Part shown: positions 32,446 to 43,142 of the stretch, in pieces
Numbering within the stretch: position 1 is the stretch's first letter
How the letters are laid out: each line of letters starts with the position of its first letter
From: Ranitomeya imitator
Taxonomy: Eukaryota
NCBI RefSeq assembly: GCF_032444005.1
Contig: NC_091283.1
Location: 45,136,001 to 45,200,000 of the forward strand
DNA length: 64,000 nt
Direction: 5' to 3'
The notes under the pieces: generated by a model
Told to the model about the DNA's origin: nothing
The model's input: the letters and a program-made list of their open reading frames with translations, nothing else
Databases searched by the model: none
Position numbers and translations under genes: made by a program

Positions 32446-35190
32446 TATACCCTTATACTCTACTAGTCAGTGGGGGTCTGCGTATTTACCCTTATACTCT
32501 CCTGGTCATGGGGGTCCTGGTATATACAATTGTGCTCAAAAGTTTACATACCCCGGCAGAATTTTTCCTTTCTTGGCATTTTTTCAGACAATATGAATGA
32601 TAACACCAACACTTTTTTTCCACTCACGGTTATTGGTTGGGTGAAGCCATTTATTGTCAAACTACTGTGGTTTCTCTTTCCCTGACTCACCTGGTCAGTG
32701 GGGGTCCTCGTATTTTTCCCTTATACTCTACTGGTCAGTGGGGGTCCTCGTATTTACCCTTATACTCTACTGGTCAGTGGGGGTCCTCGTATTTTTCCCT
32801 TATACTCTACTGGTCAGTGGGGGTCCTCGTATTTACCCTTATACTCTACTGGTCAGTGGGGGTCCTCGTATTTACCCTTATACTCTACTGGTCAGTGGGG
32901 GTCCTCGTATTTACCCTTATACTCACCTGGTCAGTGGGGGTCCTCGTATTTACCCTTATACTCTACTGGTCAGTGGGGGTCCTCGTATTTACCCTTATAC
33001 TCTACTGGTCAGTGGGGGTCCTCGTATTTTTCCCTTATACTCTACTGGTCAGTGGGGGTCCTCGTATTTACCCTTATACTCTACTGGTCAGTGGGGGTCC
33101 TCGTATTTACCCTTATACTCTACTGGTCAGTGGGGGTCCTCGTATTTACCCTTATACTCTACTGGTCAGTGGGGGTCCTCGTATTTACCCTTATACTCAC
33201 CTGGTCAGTGGGGGTCCTCGTATTTACCCTTATACTCTACTGGTCAGTGGGGGTCCTCGTATTTACCCTTATACTCTACTGGTCAGTGGGGGTCCTCGTA
33301 TTTACCCTTATACTCTACTGGTCAGTGGGGGTCCTCGTATTTACCCTTATACTCTACTGGTCAGTGGGGGTCCTCGTATTTACCCTTATACTCTACTGGT
33401 CAGTGGGGGTCCTCGTATTTAGCCTTATACTGTCCTGGTCAGTGGGGGGCCGTCTATTTACCCTTATACTCTCCTGGTCAGGGGGGGGGGGGTCTGTGTA
33501 TCTTCCCTTATACTCTCCTCGTCAGGGGGGGGCGTGTATTTACCCTTATACTCTCCTGGTCAGGGGGGGTCCTCGTATTTACCCTTATACTCTACTGGTC
33601 AGTGGGGGGCCGTGTATTTACCCTTATACTCTCCTGGTCAGGGGGGGTCCTCGTATTTACCCTTATACTCTCCTGGTCAGGGGGGTCCGTGTATTTACCC
33701 TTATACTCTCCTGGTCAGGGGGGGGGGGGGGGTCTGTGTATTTACCCTCATACTCTCTTGGTCAGGGGGGGTCTGTGTATCTTCCTTTATACTCTCCTCG
33801 TCAGGGGGGGCCGTGTATTTACCCTTATACTCTCGTCATCAGGGGGGTCCGTGTATTTACCCTTATACTCTCCTGGTCAGTGGGGGGCCGTGTATTTACC
33901 CTTATACTCTACTGGTCAGTGGGGGTCCGTGTATTTACCCTTATACTCTCCTGGTCAGTGGGGGTCCGTGTATTTACCCTTATACTCTCCTGGTCAGTGG
34001 GGGGCCGTGTATTTACCCTTATACTCTCCTGGTCAGTGGGGGGCCGTGTATTTACCCTTATACTCTCCTGGTCAGTGGGGGGCCGTGTATTTACCCTTAT
34101 ACTCTCCTGGTCAGTGGGGGTCCGTGTATTTACCCTTATACTCTCCTGGTCAGTGGGGGGCCGTGTATTTACCCTTATACTCTCCTGGTCAGTGGGGGGC
34201 CGTGTATTTACCCTTATACTGTCCTGGTCAGTGGGGGGCAGTGTATTTACCCTTATACTGTCCTGGTCAGTGGGGGGCCGTGTATTTACCCTTATACTCT
34301 CCTGGTCAGTGGGGGGCCGTGTATTTACCCTTATACTGTCCTGGTCAGTGGGGGGCCGTGTATTTACCCTTATACTGTCCTGGTCAGTGGGGGGCCGTGT
34401 ATTTACCCTTATACTCTCCTGGTCAGTGGGGGGCCGTGTATTTACCCTTATACTCTCCTGGTCAGTGGGGGGCCGTGTATTTACCCTTATACTGTCCTGG
34501 TCAGTGGGGGGCAGTGTATTTACCCTTATACTGTCCTGGTCAGTGGGGGGGCCGTGTATTTACCCTTATACTCTCCTGGTCAGGGGGGGGGGTCCGTGTA
34601 TTTACCCTTATACTCTCCTGGTCAGTGGGGGGCCGTGTATTTACTCTTATACTCTCCTCGTCAGGGGGGGCCGTGTATTTACCCTTATACTCTCCTGGTC
34701 AGGGGGGGTCCTCGTATTTACCCTTATACTCTACTGGTCAGTGGGGGGCCGTGTATTTACCCTTTAGTGACTGGCCATGGGGGTCCGTGTATTTACCCTA
34801 TAGTGACTGGCCATTGGGGTCCGTGTATTTACCCTTTAGTGACTGGCCATGGGGGTCCGTGTATTTACCCTATAGTGACTGGCCATGGGGGTCCGTGTAT
34901 TTACCCTTTAGTGACTGGCCATGGGGGTCCGTGTATTTACCCTATAGTGACTGGCCATTGGGGTCCGTGTATTTACCCTATAGTGACTGGCCATGGGGGT
35001 CTGTGTATTTACCCTTTAGTGACTGGCCATGGGGGTCCGTGTATTTACCCTTTAGTGACTGGCCATGGGGGTCCGTGTATTTACCCTTTAGTGACTGGCC
35101 ATGGGGGTCCGTGTATTTACCCTATAGTGACTGGCCATGGGGGTCTGTGTATTTACCCTTTAGTGACTGGCCGTGGGGGTCCGTGTATTT
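32446..35190. repeat. 39-bp minisatellite (TTTACCCTTATACTCTACTGGTCAGTGGGGGTCCTCGTA) grading into a related 36-bp unit from ~34760
   Basis: Direct reading of the units; explains ORFs 32637..33422, 32654..35200, 32698..34767 and 33534..35216. Confidence 0.95.
32527..32680 (+). mobile_element. Tc1 terminal fragment inside the 39-bp array
   Basis: TATATA|CAATTGTGCTCAAAAGTTTACATACCCC, a Tc1-type TIR start containing the AAGTTTACATAC motif of SB-like ends. Confidence 0.7.
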
Positions 35191-35619
35191 TCCCTTATAA
35201 TCAGGGTTTTTCCTGATCTCTGTTCTATAATAATCTTTATATAGCGCTAACACATTCCGCAGCGCTTTACAGTTCGCTGTCCCCGCTGGGGCTCACAATC
35301 TAGATTCCCCGTCAGTATGTCTGTTCTGCACAATAGTTGCAGGCCCTGTGAAATAACCATCTCGGAGAGTCTTTTCCTAGGACGCTGTGCTCTATCATTC
35401 CTATTACTCCTCCTGGAAACGTAGGAATAAGCTGACAACAGAGCATTACCATTGACAAGTGTGCGCCCCTCCACCCACACTGGCACGGGTGAACAGTAAA
35501 GACCAAAATCGTCGATGACTACATTTCCAGGAGGAATAACAGAGGCACAGCAACAGCGTAACCCACAGCAGTCCTGGGGGAAAAGAAGCTGCAGAACTAT
35601 TATGTATTGGTAAGCATGA

Positions 35620-36160
35620 GCGGCCGTAAAGCGAGCACTGCCCGCACCCCCGGGGGTCGGCGGCACAGTGACCCTTCACAGCGCTACGCTCGCACTTTAT
35701 ATAGCGTCCTCGCGCACCCATCCCTGTCAGGACACTGTGCCGTTCAAATCTGACCAATGGCAGCGTACAAACAAACCCTCTGCCCCTCCCCCTTGATTAA
35801 TTATTACGCACGGATGTCTATCACTTTCAACACGCCCAATCGGTCAGCAGGGTGACCCACGAAGACCCGCCCACTTCACCTGCGCCTGAGCCAATCACAG
35901 CGAGTTGTTACCTCTCTGGCAGAACCAGTTTATGATGGTTCCAGCTAGGACCCCGGCAATAGGCGGCTTCATCACTGCCTGTGTGGAGCGCTATAGAAAC
36001 GTAAATACGCTGTATACTGAGCGCGGAAGCAGAAGTAGTGCTGGGAGGCCGGCGGCCGGGTGTAGTGTGTAAACAGCCTGTGCGTCTGGTACCTTAGTGC
36101 CCAGTGCGCATGACATTGCTGGGGCAGTTCTATATACCTGCAGTTATGTGCGCACAACAT
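35620..36160. promoter_or_regulatory. CpG-rich promoter-like region
   Basis: CCAAT at ~35755, ~35837 and ~35892; GC box CCCGCCC at ~35866; TATATAAA on the minus strand at ~35696-35703; GCGGAAG (ETS-like) at ~36022. Confidence 0.5.
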
Positions 36161-37164
36161 TGTAAATAAAGTTGTTGTTTTTTAACCCCTTCATGATTGG
36201 GTAATTATGCGTTTTTGTCTTTTTTTTTTTTTAATCTTTTGCCCCTTTTTTTTCTCGTCCTGTTGTCATGTTACCGCATAATGTTCTGACAAAACGAAAA
36301 AAAAAAAAAATCCAAAATGTAGTGAAATAGTGAAAAATACCCGCTATTCATTTTTTTAAAATTATTTTACGGTGTTTATTGTGCTGTAAAAATAACCTGG
36401 CGATATTATTCTCCGGGTCAGTACAATGTCGGCGATACCTGAGTGATAGTTTATTTATATTTTAGTGGTTAAAACAAATCCAAACTTTGTAAAAAAAAAT
36501 AAAAAAATGTTTGTCTCCATATTCCGAGATGCGTAACGGATTTTTTTTTATATCAATTCAGCGGTATTATAGCATCAAGCTGATGTTTTTTTTATACCAT
36601 TTTGGGGTACATCATCGTTTTTTATTGCAGGGGTTTTTTAGAGGGGGGGGGACAAAAAATGCCATTTGTGACTTTTCTTATTTTTTTCCTCTTTTTGGTG
36701 TTTATTGCAGGGTTTATGTAACTTTATATCTTGATAGATCGGACAGTTACGGACATGAGGACACCAAATATGTTTCTTTTTTTAATTTCTTTATCTGGAA
36801 AACTTAAATGCAATTATATATATATATATATTCCCCTATATTGCGATGCACGGACTGCCGCGGGTCTCCTGACCTGAGTGTGACAGCCTAATCTCTGCCC
36901 ATGAAGCCATTGAGTTCCGATCAAGAGACCCCCACAGTCAGTACTAGGACCATCAATGACGGCAATTGACGGCTGCGGATCTGCAGCGTTTCTACACCTC
37001 AAAAAACGCTGTGGATCCGCAGAGAATTCGCAACGTGTGCACATAGCCTAATAGAAACATATGCACCACTTCTGTACTTATCACCCACTCCTGGTTTTGG
37101 CTACAAATACTGATGTAAAATACTGACCAAATACTGCTAGTGTGAATGTGGCCTAATATTGGGT

Positions 37165-38350
37165 ACTGGTGGGCCGTTAACAGTGGGTAATTAAGAGCGG
37201 GTAAAAGCGGGCCGTTAACAGTGGGTAATGGTGGGCCGTTAACAGTGGGTAATGGTGGGCTGTTAACAGTGGGTAATGGTGGGCCGTTAACAGTGGGTAA
37301 TGGTGGGCTGTTAACAGTGGATAATGGTGTGCTGTTAACAGTGGGTAATTAAGAGCGGGTAATAGTGGGACGTTAACAGTGGGTAATGGTGGGCAGTTAA
37401 CAGTGGGTAATGGTGGGCTAACAGTGGGTAATGGTGGGACGTTAACAGTGGGTAATGGTGTGCTGTTAACAGTGGATAATGGTGGGCTGTTAACAGTGGG
37501 TAATGGTGGGCTGTTAACAGTGGGTAATGGTGGGCTAACAGTGGGTAATGGTGGGCCATTAACAGTGGGTAATGGTGGGCAGTTAACAGTGGGTAATGGT
37601 GGGCTAACAGTGGGTAATGGTGGGACGTTAACAGTGGGTAATGGTGGGCTGTTAACAGTGGGTAATGGTGGGCCGTTAACAGTGGGTAATGGTGGGCCGT
37701 TAACAGTGGGTAATGGTGGGCCGTTAACGGTGGGTAATGGTGGGCCGTTAACGGTGGGTAATGGTGGGCCGTTAACGGTGGGTAATGGTGGGCCGTTAAC
37801 AGTGGGTAATGGTGGGCCGTTAACAGTGGGTAATGGTGGGCCGTTAACAGTGGGTAATGGTGGGCCGTTAACGGTGGGTAATGGTGGGCCGTTAACGGTG
37901 GGTAATGGTGGGCCGTTAACGGTGGGTAATGGTGGGCCGTTAACGGTGGGTAATGGTGGGCCGTTAACGGTGGGTAATGGTGGGCCGTTAACGGTGGGTA
38001 ATGGTGGGCCGTTAACAGTGGGTAATGGTGGGCCGTTAACGGTGGGTAATGGTGGGCCGTTAACAGTGGGTAATGGTGGGCCGTTAACGGTGGGTAATGG
38101 TGGGCCGTTAACGGTGGGTAATGGTGGGCCGTTAACGGTGGGTAATGGTGGGCCGTTAACGGTGGGTAATGGTGGGCCGTTAACGGTGGGTAATGGTGGG
38201 CCGTTAACAGTGGGTAATGGTGGGCCGTTAACAGTGGGTAATGGTGGGCCGTTAACAGTGGGTAATGGTGGGCCGTTAACGGTGGGTAATGGTGGGCCGT
38301 TAACGGTGGGTAATGGTGGGCCGTTAACGGTGGGTACTGGTGGGCTGTTA
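37165..38350. repeat. 24-bp G-rich minisatellite (GTTAACRGTGGGTAATGGTGGGCC)n
   Basis: About 49 tandem units; source of the (PPLPTVNG)n and (GNGGPLTV)n ORFs. Confidence 0.96.
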
Positions 38351-39588
38351 AACGACTGCTGATCAGCCGTCAGGTTACGTTCCCACAATGAATGTTTGTT
38401 GAGTTTGTGATGTTTCAGATTTTCTGCACCATTTTGTTACTTGCATTATTTTACATGTATTTTTTTTGTCTTTTGTTTGTGTGTCATGTTTTAAATAAAG
38501 TTGCTTTGTTTTTTTTTAAATACTATTTTGACACTACATTGTTTTTGGTAGTATTTGGCTTTGACAAAACTTTATTTATAGTCATGTGTGAATTACATGT
38601 ATTTTTCATGCATTTCCACTGCAGTTTGTTTACCTGTGGATTTTCCACACCTAAAGTCTACGGGGAATATCTACACAGAAAACTCAGCGTACTCGCAGGA
38701 GAAATTGATGCACCGTGGATCTGATATACGCACCGTGGATCCAATAAACACACCGTGCATCCGATACACGCACCACAGGTCAATTCACACTGGAGAAGAA
38801 CGGTTCTTGAAAAATATGCAGCATAAAAAAAAGCACCGAATACTCATTGTGGGAACGTAGCCTTAAGGCTGTGGCGCCCACATTGCAGAATAGAAGCAGA
38901 ATTTTCTTCTTCAGTTCTGCATACCCTTTGCAGGAAAAACTCATGCGGATTCAGTCGCGTTTTAAACACGTTTTTGACGCGTTTTGCATGCGATTTTCAA
39001 GTGTTTTTCTAATCCATGTCTATGGGTGCGGAATTGCAGCGATTCCGCACAAATAATGAACATGCGGTGTTTTTAACCGCGATGTGATTCCACCGCGGAA
39101 AAAAAACGCATCATGGGCACATCAATTGCGGAATGCATTGGAAATGAATGGGATGCTGTTTGTAAGAGTTTTTTAAGCGTTTCTGCAGCGGAAAATTGCG
39201 GCAAAACCGCTTAAAAAAACGCAACGTGGGCACATAGCCTAAAGTAAATCCATGTAATCTGAGAGCGGCATGATGTAGGGGCAGAGACCCTGATTTCTGC
39301 ATTGTGTCACGGACTCTCACTGGAAATCGCTCCAGATTTGAGTTTTAAGTAAAAATGGCTGCAAAATGAGTAAAGAAAAACAAAACAAACAAAACAAGTA
39401 AAAGTAAATAAAAAAAAAAACAATAGCTCCGTAACTTTGAACAGATTTCTGAATTGGCGAAACAATAAAATAATCGCTGTGATGGGGTTCGGTATGACCT
39501 CGGCTTCAGAACTTGGCGCGGTCTTGCTCCTCTCTGGGGGAGGGGTATGGCTTTTGTCATACAAGTTCCATGCTGGAATCAAAGAGAG

Positions 39589-41463
39589 TGTGCAGCAGCA
39601 GTAGCCTTTAGTGCAATAGCAGCAGCAGCCTTTAGTGCAGCAGCAGCCTTTACTGCAGCAGCAGCAGCCTTTAGTGCAGCAACAGCAGCCTTTAGTGCAG
39701 CAGCAGTAGCCTTTAGTGCAGCAGCAGTAGCCTTTAGTGCAGCAACAGCAGCCTTTAGTGCAGCAGCAGTAGCCTTTAGTGCAGCAGCAGTAGCCTTTAG
39801 TGCAGCAGCAGTAGCCTTTAGTGCAGCAGCAGCAGTAGCCTTTAGTGCAGTAGCAGCAGCAGCCTTTACTGAAGCAGCAGCAGCCTTTAGTGCAGCAACA
39901 GCAGCCTTTAGTGCAGCAGCAGTAGCCTTTAGTGCAGCAGCAGTAGCCTTTAGTGCAGCAGCAGTAGCCTTTAGTGCAGCAGCAGTAGCCTTTAGTGCAG
40001 CAGCAGTAGCCCTTAGTGCAGCAGCAGTAGCCTTTAGTGCAGCAGCAGTAGCCTTTAGTGCAGCAGCAGTAGCCTTTAGTGCAGCAGCAGTAGCTTCTAG
40101 TGCAGCAGCAGTAGCCTTTAGTGCAGCAGCAGTAGCCTTTAGTGCAGCAGCAGTGGCCTTTAGTGCAGCAGCAGTAGCCTTTAGTGCAGCAGCAGTAGCC
40201 CTTAGTGCAGCAGCAGTAGCCTCTAGTGCAGCAGCAGTAGCCTTTATTGCAGCAGTAGCCTTTAGTGCAGCAGCAGTAGCCTCTAGTGCAGCAGCAGTAG
40301 CCTTTAGTGCAGCAGCAGTAGCCTTTAGTGCAGCAGCAGTGGCCTTTAGTGCAGCAGCAGTAGCCTTTAGTGCAGCAGCAGTAGCCCTTAGTGCAGCAGC
40401 AGTAGCCTTTAGTGCAGCAGCAGTAGCCTTTAGTGCAGCAGCAGTGGCCTTTAGTGCAGTAGCAGTAGCCTTTAGTGCAGCAGCAGTAGCCCTTAGTGCA
40501 GCAGCAGTAGCCTCTAGTGCAGCAGCAGTAGCCTCTAGTGCAGCAGCAGTAGCCTTTAGTGCAGCAGCAGTAGCCTTTAGTGCAGCAGCAGTAGCCTTTA
40601 GTGCAGCAGCAGTAGCCTTTAGTGCAGCAGCAGTGGCCTTTAGTGCAGCAGCAGTAGCTTCTAGTGCAGCAGCAGTAGCCTTTAGTGCAGCAGCAGTAGC
40701 CTTTAGTGCAGCAGCAGTGGCCTTTAGTGCAGCAGCAGTGGCCTTTAGTGCAGCAGCAGTAGCCTTTAGTGCAGCAGCAGTAGCCCTTAGTGCAGCAGCA
40801 GTAGCCTCTAGTGCAGCAGCAGTAGCCTTTATTGCAGCAGTAGCCTTTAGTGCAGCAGCAGTAGCCTCTAGTGCAGCAGCAGTAGCCTTTAGTGCAGCAG
40901 CAGTAGCCTTTAGTGCAGCAGCAGTGGCCTTTAGTGCAGCAGCAGTAGCCCTTAGTGCAGCAGCAGTAGCCTTTAGTGCAGCAGCAGTAGCCTTTAGTGC
41001 AGCAGCAGTGGCCTTTAGTGCAGCAGCAGTAGCCTTTAGTGCAGCAGCAGTAGCCCTTAGTGCAGCAGCAGTAGCCTTTAGTGCAGCAGCAGTAGCCTTT
41101 AGTGCAGCAGCAGTGGCCTTTAGTGCAGCAGCAGTAGCCTTTAGTGCAGCAGCAGTAGCCCTTAGTGCAGCAGCAGTAGCCTTTATTGCAGCAGCAGTGG
41201 CCTTTAGTGCAGCAGCAGTAGCCTCTAGTGCAGCAGCAGTAGCCTTTAGTGCAGCAGCAGTAGCCTTTAGTGCAGCAGCAGTAGCCCTTAGTGCAGCAGC
41301 AGTAGCCTCTAGTGCAGCAGCAGTAGCCTTTATTGCAGCAGTAGCCTTTAGTGCAGCAGCAGTAGCCTCTAGTGCAGCAGCAGTAGCCTCTAGTGCAGCA
41401 GCAGTAGCCTTTAGTGCAGCAGCAGTAGCCTCTAGTGCAGTAGCCCTTAGTGCAGCAGTAGCC
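39589..41463. repeat. 21-bp GCA-derived minisatellite (GCAGCAGCAGTAGCCTTTAGT)n with higher-order structure
   Basis: About 90 units; a diagnostic variant block (CCCTTAGT-CTCTAGT-CTTTATT) recurs at ~40200, ~40784 and ~41285. Confidence 0.96.
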
Positions 41464-41699
41464 GCAGGAGGACAGCCTGCCCTGACCCCGAGTCCTGCTG
41501 CTGCTCACACTCCTCTGCCCCCCAGGGCTCCTGCCGGGCTGATTTGCATGTCAATGTCGGCAGCAGCAGGCAGTGCCCAGTGTGGGGGCAGAGCTCCCCT
41601 CCCAGCACCTCCTATTTGGGTGGGTTCCATTGTTTTGGAGGAGGGGAGAGAAGGGAGGAGACTCAGGAGTGGGAAGTGGGGGAAAAAAATAACCCTCTG

Positions 41700-42060
41700 C
41701 GATCAATTTTTTTTTTTTAATTTCCTTCCTCCAGGAAACGCGAGGTGAATTTGTGGTGCTTTCTAGGCTGTGGTCTGGGGGCGGCGGCGGGCCGGGGGGC
41801 AGCGCTGGGCCCTCTGCGGCGGCGCCATCTCGTCAGGCTTCGCGCTAACCCTCTATGTGTCTAGGCCACTTGGGTCCTGCATTGAGAGCCCGTGCTGGGA
41901 TGACTCGGAGACCCCGGGCCGACTGCTGCTCAAACACCGCGGTGAGTTTGTTACAATTGTAGCGATTTCTCTTTAAATGTGTATAAGTCTGCCCTTACCT
42001 GCACCCTCCGCGGGAGCGGCCGGGGCCGGGGGGAGAGGGGGAGCACCCAGCCCCCAATTA
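41700..42060 (+). promoter_or_regulatory. CpG island with a probable non-coding first exon of a plus-strand gene (exon ends at 41941)
   Basis: GGGGCGGCGGCGGG, GCGGCGGCGCCATC, and a strong donor CCGCG|GTGAGT at 41941/41942 followed by GC-rich intron-start sequence. Confidence 0.55.
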
Positions 42061-42487
42061 CACCCAGCACCACCCCCCCTGCTCTCCTGCATCTCACCCC
42101 CCTCTCTCCTCTGCTCCCTGTCACGTCTGCAGGATGCAATGGGGGCTTCTCCTGCAAGGTAGTGGGGGGCAGCAAGATGCTGATCAGCCCCCCTTACAAA
42201 TCCCGTGCACCCCCTTGTCTGTGGCCCGGTGATATGAATGCAATGCACACACATCCCCCTGTGTATAATATGGGGTGTCCATGGTTAACCCCCCCAATCC
42301 CACCAATATTGCAAGCTTATGTCATCTGCAAACATGGGGGCCCTGCTGGAGTATAAAGAATTGGGCACCCCCCTATATAGACTTGGGGATACCCCTACAC
42401 CCCCAACCATAGGAAGCTTCTGGGATTATTTTTGCTTATTAGGGGTTTCCCCTTTACATTCCAGTGATGGTATATTGGATGCAGAAT

Positions 42488-43142
42488 GCATTGATGGGGG
42501 AGAGCGGTGCATTGATGGCGGAGAGCGGTGCATTGATGGCGGAGAGCGGTGCATTGATGGTGGAGAGCGGTGCATTGATGGGGGAGAGCGATGCATTGAT
42601 GGGGGAGAGCGGTGCATTGATGGGGGAGAGCGGTGCATTGATGGTGGAGAGCGGTGCATTGATGGGGGAGAGCGGTGCATTGATGGCGGACAGCGGTGCA
42701 TTGATGGGGGAGAGCGGTGCATTGATGGCGGAGAGCGGTGCATTGATGGCGGAGAGCGGTGCATTGATGGGGAGAGCGGTGCATTGATGGTGGAGAGCGG
42801 TGCATTGATGGTGGAGAGCGGTGCATTGATGGTGGAGAGCGGTGCATTGATGGCGGAGAGCGGTGCATTGATGGCGGAGAGCGGTGCATTGATGGGGGAG
42901 AGCGGTGCATTGATGGTGGAGAGCGGTGCATTGATGGGGGAGAGCGGTGCATTGATGGGGGAGAGCGGTGCATTGATGGGGGAGAGCGGTGCATTGATGG
43001 CGGAGAGCGGTGCATTGATGGCGGAGAGCGGTGCATTGATGGCGGAGAGCGGTGCATTGATGGCGGAGAGCGGTGCATTGATGGCGGAGAGCGGTGCATT
43101 GATGGCGGAGAGCGGTGCATTGATGGCGGAGAGCGGTGCACA
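42488..43142. repeat. 21-bp minisatellite (GCATTGATGGSGGAGAGCGGT)n
   Basis: About 31 units; a single-base deletion near 42770 shifts the repeat-derived ORF frames. Confidence 0.95.

Noticed and set aside
32637-35216. 848-, 689-, 560- and 261-aa ORFs
   Set aside because: These are translations of the 39/36-bp minisatellite in several frames, with no domain content.
37177-38388. Pro-rich (PPLPTVNG)n and Gly-rich (GNGGPLTV)n ORFs resembling structural proteins
   Set aside because: A pure 24-bp tandem repeat open on both strands, with no signal peptide or splice context.
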